A stretch of 12,733 nucleotides of DNA from Octopus sinensis (lineage: Eukaryota), in assembly GCF_006345805.1 (NCBI RefSeq), contig NW_021826459.1, forward strand, positions 1 to 12,733, read 5' to 3'. Both the position numbers and the translations under genes were made by a program. Under the pieces are notes generated by a model. It was not told the origin of the DNA. It saw nothing but the letters and a program-made list of their open reading frames with translations, and did no database searches. Positions 7,695 to 12,733 of this stretch are shown in pieces (within the stretch, counting starts at the first letter, position 1; every line of letters begins with the position of its first letter).

Positions 7695-8400
7695 TAGAAG
7701 TGAAATAGAATCAGGGTAGGTGCTTATTATGAGTATAATGACTCTCCCAAGATTCAACAAAATCAGTTCCATACACGAGTTCACATCCCGAATCTTGCAA
7801 AACAATTATTCGATTATATAAATACACGACTAATTATTGCAGGGTGACTAAATGTTGACCAAAACATTGAAATTTTTCAAAATATCATGAAGAAATACCT
7901 GGATTGGTTTTACTGAATAAAGGAACTTCACGTTAAAGGGCGGTGGCTCACGAATAAGTGACACGATTTCTGTAGCATAGTGATAAAGTAGAAATAAATT
8001 TGTACGAAAAATCACTAAGCCTTCCATTTGCAAATATCGTTTGTGTTAATTCGACAACTTCTTAAATGATGAAGAAAAATGGTGCACCTCTCCACTGTTT
8101 GCAACGTTTACTCCAGCGCATCCTCACCAAATTCCTTCATTGTAAGATTGCATTGAGTGAACATTTCTAACTTTTTTGTGCAAGATAACGTACTCAGTGG
8201 TTCAGGATGGTTCAGCTCTCCACCCGCTAAAAGCCATCGTTTACGGAATGAGGATAACAACGTAGCTTTCGCGCCCGTGCAACCGCCAGTCTATTGCTTG
8301 TGATGGGTGGATCTTCAAGTTGCCACACGCATTCTTAGTAGCTTAGAGTAGGCTCGAATTAGAGATTATTCTTTGTGGCTAACGGTGAGAGTCCCGATTG

Positions 8401-8522
8401 GAAGAAGAAGAAGAAGAAGAAGAAGAAGAAGAAGAAGAAGAAGAAGAAGAAGAAGAAGAAGAGAAGAAGAAGAAGAAGAAGAAGAAGAAGAAGAAGAAGA
8501 AGAAGAAGAAGCAGCAGCAGCA
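8401..8522 (+). repeat. Trinucleotide tract (GAA)20 GA (GAA)16 (GCA)4
   Basis: Counted directly from the sequence. Confidence 0.98.
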
Positions 8523-8802
8523 ACGGACAGAAAAGAAAAAATAAACGTGACTAGGCCTTCGCATAAATCTACTATTGCACGGTCAAAGTTGAACTGAGAA
8601 GGCCCTTGGTTAATCGGCTATGGCAGTCACTAACATTTGTGTTATTGTACCTATAATTTTTCCTTCATCTCTAAGATTTATAAAATATGCAACCCGTTTT
8701 CTGTAACTTGTAAATAACCGAGGGCAAAACACTCGCCTGACGAAACGCTGTTCGTTACAGGTTTTAAAGCCTACAACGTTTACGAGAGAGGACAAAGCTT
8801 AG

Positions 8803-8953
8803 TATTTGACTGGTACTTTATTTCACCAACCCAGAAGAGACGAAAGGCAAATTTGACATCGGCAGGATTAGAACTAAGAATATATAGCGGCGGAAGGAAA
8901 AATTGATGAAAACAAATGTCCGCCGTGCTAACGACACAGCCATCTCACTGCCG
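8803..8953 (-). mobile_element. Diverged tRNA-derived SINE 5' part with Deu/Nin-like central domain
   Basis: Minus strand: GGCAGTGAGATGGCTGTGTCGTTAGCACG (A-box-like TGGCTGTGTCG), B-box-like AGTTCTAATCC, then TTTGCCTTTCGTCTCTTCTGGGTTGGTGAAATAAAGTACCAG, which resembles the DeuSINE/Nin core (GCCTTTCATCC...GGTCGATAAAATGAGTACCAG, recalled consensus). Confidence 0.6.
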
Positions 8954-9071
8954 TATTTTGCAGGTATAAGTAATAAAAAGTTACACTAGTTTAAAGAGAA
9001 GACATGTGTGCAATGGTATCTTTTCAAACACGAATCTGTTAGACACAGTTCACTGAAGCAATCGGCCATCC

Positions 9072-9187
9072 ATGAACGTTGATACGATGTTGTTAAACGT
9101 GGCATTTGTTATTGGTTGTATCAGCACGTTTAGTGAAGCTATTCTCTTTCTGGATGGTTCTATAATATCTCGATTGGGTTATTTTCG
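9072..9187 (+). CDS. Weak candidate first coding exon with a signal-peptide-like N-terminus
   Basis: ATG at 9072 (or 9087); MNVDTMLLNVAFVIGCISTFSEAILFLDGSIISRLGYF ends at donor-like CG|GTAATT (phase 2). No homology recognised. Confidence 0.2.
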
Positions 9188-9249
9188 GTAATTGTCGATG
9201 CTGCCATAAAAAATCACTCTTTTTTAGGTCTCACTCACAGGAAACGTAC

Positions 9250-9251
9250 TC

Positions 9252-9282
<31 letters not shown>

Positions 9283-9500
9283 TATATATACATATATACA
9301 TACATACAAACGAACATACATACGTTCATACATGTATACACACATATATTTACACACATATATACAAAGATAGATAGATAGATAGATAGATATGCTTGTA
9401 TGTATAAACATCTGCGCATATTTTTATGGAATCGTGTGTGTGTGTGTGTGTGAGTGTGTGTGTATATGTGTGTGTGTGTGCGTGTGGGTGGGTGTGTGTA
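9250..9500. repeat. Compound (TACA)n/(AT)n/(GATA)n/(GT)n microsatellite
   Basis: Successive tetra- and dinucleotide runs. Confidence 0.92.
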
Positions 9501-9554
9501 TGCCGAAACTCTGAAAAACACTTTTTGTGATATTTCTTCTGCTGCTTTTAAATA

Positions 9555-9556
<2 letters not shown>

Positions 9557-9616
<60 letters not shown>

Positions 9617-10186
9617 CGGCAGTTTGTCTGTCTGCGTGTCTGTGTGTCTGTTAGATTGTACCCTCACCCTGACCACGGCTTTCAACCGATTCTGTTGAGA
9701 CTTGACACACACATAGCCCAATGTCATAATTCAAAACTGACGCAGCGAAAATTTTGAAAAGTTCCTCCAGTTCTGAAAAAAATTGATAAATTTGACAAGG
9801 GGTCAAGAATCAGAAACACAAACCACAGACTGTCTAGGGGACGCGACTCGACCTTTTTAACTCTCAACTCCATCCTGCTTCGCAATGTTCATCAATAAAT
9901 CTCAAACCCAAACGCTACAAGTCGCTGAGTTACAGTTGGGCGAACAGTGCTTCGCCCACGGTCAACTCTACGTAGGCTGTTCACGCGTTGGGAGGCGCAA
10001 TGATGTTTTCATGTTTTCGCCCAAAGGGACAGCTAGGAACATCGTATACACAGAAGTATTCGAGTGAAGAGAAGACATTGCAACCTACACATGCACCTTC
10101 GTTCCCTAGTGGGAAAGGACTAGATTGGGATTAGTCGTTGCCTACTAGGGGCTCTTCCATACCCGGGCAACGCCGGGCTATGCTAG
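9557..10186 (+). mobile_element. Non-autonomous, internally deleted Helitron
   Basis: 3' GC hairpin CCCGG-GCAACG-CCGGG (10162-10177) followed by CTAG (10183-10186) and then T. The 5' end reads CTATA(TA)nAAATAACGGCAGTTTGTCTGTCTG; the canonical 5' TC reads AC here, so the exact start is uncertain. Contains a helicase fragment. Confidence 0.85.
9870..10067 (+). pseudogene. C-terminal fragment of Helitron RepHel Pif1-type helicase
   Basis: CFAMFINKSQTQTLQVAELQLGEQCFAHGQLYVGCSRVG...ARNIVYTEVFE* matches Pif1/Helitron motifs V-VI (FAMTINKSQGQTL...CFSHGQLYVACSRVG...NIVY) with conserved Gly positions substituted. Confidence 0.85.
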
Positions 10187-10197
10187 TATATATATAT

Positions 10198-10238
<41 letters not shown>

Positions 10239-10272
10239 TATATATATATAAGTATATATATTATACATGAAT

Positions 10273-10332
<60 letters not shown>
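10187..10332. repeat. Long interrupted (TA)n microsatellite
   Basis: About 145 bp of TA repeats directly after the Helitron CTAG. Confidence 0.95.
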
Positions 10333-10333
<1 letters not shown>

Positions 10334-10457
10334 TATACTATATTTTTGTTTATCTTGACTATTGAGTAATTGTAACATATTATTTTATAGATAATTTCCT
10401 CTAGTTACATAATATTGAGGTCTCTTTCTTTCTTTTTTTTACTTACCGTTTTTACCA

Positions 10458-10482
10458 ATATATATACATATATATATATATA

Positions 10483-10538
<56 letters not shown>
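10458..10538. repeat. (TA)n microsatellite
   Basis: TA run with one interruption. Confidence 0.95.
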
Positions 10539-10539
<1 letters not shown>

Positions 10540-10714
10540 CACACGCACAGAATTATCACATAATATATGTTGAATACATGTAGTATGAACACATATACAG
10601 ATAAATATATTAAGGAAAGCGGTACACACCTTTTGTTGAATAAAATATATAACTTTTCCCGTAAGTATAATGCTAAGCCCATGACCAACATTTATTTTTC
10701 AATATTCTGTTCAG

Positions 10715-10880
10715 ATATTTCTCGCTCAGTAAATTTTAACCGCATTCAAAACCGAATTCCTGATATTCTCAAAAGCATCAACAATTTTTTCGTGGATTTC
10801 TTAAACAGTTATACTTTTAAATTTATGAGTTTTGGCATTCATATTGCTGCAGTGATAAATGAATTTTGTTGTACTTTCAT
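10715..10880 (+). CDS. Weak candidate internal coding exon, 166 bp
   Basis: T-rich tract ending TTCTGTTCAG| at 10714 and donor AT|GTAAGA at 10881. Exactly one open frame (ISRSVNFNRIQNRIPDILKSINNFFVDFLNSYTFKFMSFGIHIAAVINEFCCTF). No homology recognised. Confidence 0.25.
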
Positions 10881-11040
10881 GTAAGAGTGGCAAAGAGTTT
10901 TTACTTTTTAAAAGAGCGTCCTTCACGGCTCGGTGCAGATAATGATTCTCATACATATATGTGCGAGTGTTGTGTGTGTATGTCTGTGTGTTTGTGGTTC
11001 TGATTGTGTGGTTCTCTGTGTGTATGGTGTGTGTGTATGA

Positions 11041-11074
<34 letters not shown>

Positions 11075-11381
11075 CATTATTGTTTTTTGTTTTTTATATT
11101 CGTGTGGCACCGTCCGTTTTGCTGTCCCTGTGTTCGTATGCATTCGATCCTTCTTCCAGGAAATCTACGCTCCTAGCTTAGTTTTTCTAATGCTCGTTGC
11201 TTAGTTTTTTCCTGGAGGGCTGGCCGGTTCTAGTAATCTCAAGATTAATCAGCCGAAATTACTACGATGATCCGGTTCTTGACTGAAGATTGAGGGCTTC
11301 GAATGTCCTGTCTGTGTTTGTTGTATCGTCTTCTAAGTTTTTATGCGTTCTTGTCTCAGTTTGTATTTTTCTACATATCAT

Positions 11382-11382
<1 letters not shown>

Positions 11383-11412
<30 letters not shown>

Positions 11413-11420
11413 GCAACTTC

Positions 11421-11484
<64 letters not shown>
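11383..11484. repeat. (AT)n followed by long (CT)n microsatellite
   Basis: (AT)n at 11383-11409 and (CT)n at about 11423-11484. Confidence 0.95.
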
Positions 11485-11486
<2 letters not shown>

Positions 11487-11780
11487 GCCTGTCGCAAAGT
11501 GTGTTTCGTAAAAGATGGAAGTCTATAGCAAGTATGTTGCGAGTGAAAGAACCTGTTTAATCGAGAATGTGAAAAAGGAGAAAGCAAAGACTTCAGTATG
11601 AGTATGTGGTTTGTGGGGCCAACCACGTCCTCCGCTTCATTTTTTGTTATTCACTCATTCTCATTTAATTGTATATATTTTAATTGTTTGTTTATTCATA
11701 TGTTTCGTCTCATTCGATATCCTGACCCCAACGTTTGTTTTGTCCCCTCTTTTTCTCAACCTTATGGTGAATAAAGAAAT

Positions 11781-11794
11781 TCTCTCTCTCTCTG

Positions 11795-11830
<36 letters not shown>
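11781..11830. repeat. (CT)n microsatellite
   Basis: CT run with two interruptions. Confidence 0.93.
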
Positions 11831-11832
<2 letters not shown>

Positions 11833-11865
11833 TCCCTTCCTCTGAAACACACATACAAATATATA

Positions 11866-11945
11866 TACGAGTGTTGTTGAAAAGTTCCAGTCTTTAAGGA
11901 TATCGGTAAAGGCCTTGTCGGAGACCCAACCTTCCGAGTTCTTTG
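11866..11945 (+). mobile_element. Mariner-like terminal inverted repeat remnant, one end only
   Basis: TA followed by CGAGTGTTGTTGAAAAGTTCC resembles irritans/Hsmar2-type TIRs (CGAGGGGTCTTCAAAAAGTTC, recalled) and sits at the end of a TA run. No partner TIR or transposase in the window. Confidence 0.45.
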
Positions 11946-12386
11946 GCAAAGAAACTGTCGAATTTAGCCTGAATACCCTGAATACGTAGGCATATATGTG
12001 TGTGTTTGTGTGTGTGAGTGTGCATGTGTGTGTTCTTTTTATTCTTTCTTTTATTCTTTTACTTGTTTCATTCATTTGACTGCGGCCATGCTGGAGTACC
12101 ACCTTTAGTCGAGCAAATCGACCCCAGGGCTTATTCTTTGTAAGCCTAGTACTTATTCTATCAGTCTCTTTTGCCGAACCGCAAAACACACCAGCATCGG
12201 TTGTCAAGTGATGCTGCGGTGGGGGGGGGGGACAAAAAGACACACAAACACAAATGCACACACAAATATATATATATACATATATACGACGGGCTTCTTT
12301 CAGTTTCCGTCTACCAAATCCACTCACAAAGCTTTGGTCGGCCCGATGCCATAGTAGAAGACACTTGCCCAACGTACCAAGCTGTA

Positions 12387-12397
12387 GGAATGAACCC
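12387..12397 (-). promoter_or_regulatory. Pol III B-box-like motif of the SINE head
   Basis: GGGTTCATTCC about 31 nt downstream of the A-box; imperfect match to GTTCRANNC. Confidence 0.5.
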
Positions 12398-12428
12398 AGA
12401 ACCATGTGGTTGGTAAGCAAGCTACATA

Positions 12429-12439
12429 CCACACAGCCA
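12429..12439 (-). promoter_or_regulatory. Pol III A-box of the SINE head
   Basis: TGGCTGTGTGG about 11 nt from the element 5' end, fitting TRGCNNARYGG loosely. Confidence 0.6.
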
Positions 12440-12733
12440 CTCCTACGCCCATGTGTATGTATAGAGTGAGAAAGAGGGACAGAGAGCTCCTTTTGTATAT
12501 GTATATATGTGCCTATATGTCTTTATATGTACACATATGCTTATACGTATAGGTCTCTATACGTATTATGTGCGTGCGTGCACTTTGTGAATGTGTGATG
12601 TATCAAAAAACTGATAGTTTTCACGAATTTCCCTTTTGGCTGATAAGATCTGTCCAGTGTTACTGTCATTTTCCTTTTCTTTTGCTTAATAACCCCACCC
12701 TTCCCAATTTACTCGACATTATCATTTCTGTAT

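Larger units (their letters stand above)
12033..12450 (-). mobile_element. Full-length tRNA-derived SINE, about 420 bp
   Basis: Minus strand: tRNA-like head GGCGTAGGAGTGGCTGTGTGG...GGGTTCATTCC; body TTGGGCAAGTGTCTTCTACTAT...GTGAGTGGATTTGGTAGACGGAAACTGAAAGAAGCCCGTCG; internal microsatellite and C-run; 3' tail CCAGCATGGCCGCAGTCAAATGAATGAAACAAG ending in TAAAAGAA repeats. Confidence 0.88.

Noticed and set aside
8000-8290. Possible ancient RTE-type LINE C-terminal relic on minus (KKLEMF, RMRWSKR, ANSGEV)
   Set aside because: Only scattered short matches across several frames; an HMM or TBLASTX search would be needed.
8737-8765. CTGACGA with overlapping GAAAC
   Set aside because: The two core words overlap, so no hammerhead fold is possible.
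11250-11312. CTGAAGA...CGAATGTC, with upstream GAAAT...ATC, as a type I or type II hammerhead
   Set aside because: GAAT replaces GAAA in one reading, and stem I fails to pair in both readings.
78-12469. Most ORFs in the supplied track (poly-YI, CV, HT, LS, RE, R/E, F/S peptides)
   Set aside because: They are translations of (AT)n, (GT)n, (CA)n, (CT)n and (GAA)n repeats or antisense frames of the LINE and SINE, with no protein-like content.
1-12733. CRISPR arrays, true tRNA/rRNA genes, prokaryotic promoters or terminators
   Set aside because: No repeat-spacer periodicity; the tRNA-like segments are SINE heads without a cloverleaf; the sequence is eukaryotic repeat-rich DNA.

Overview
Eukaryotic, AT-rich, microsatellite-saturated non-coding DNA (intergenic or intronic). 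The repeat types and simple-repeat density suggest an octopus/coleoid cephalopod genome; this is recalled resemblance, not a database result. No intact host gene is supported, and almost all listed ORFs are simple-repeat artefacts. Supported content: two CR1-type LINE reverse-transcriptase relics in opposite orientation (3086-3508 +; 4843-5940 -, with intact 3' end and one frameshift), one full-length tRNA-derived SINE (12033-12450 -) plus three older SINE pieces, an internally deleted Helitron retaining both ends and the Pif1-type helicase C-terminus (9557-10186 +), a degenerate MITE-like fold-back (7447-7694), a mariner-like TIR remnant and a long (GAA)n tract. The most interesting signals are (i) a complete minimal type I hammerhead ribozyme at 3713-3749 (+), of the dimer-dependent kind known from Penelope-like elements, within a cluster of decayed or half hammerhead motifs, and (ii) a structured 3' tail shared by the LINE and the SINE copies, pointing to a LINE-SINE partnership. 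Two weak candidate host exons are flagged.
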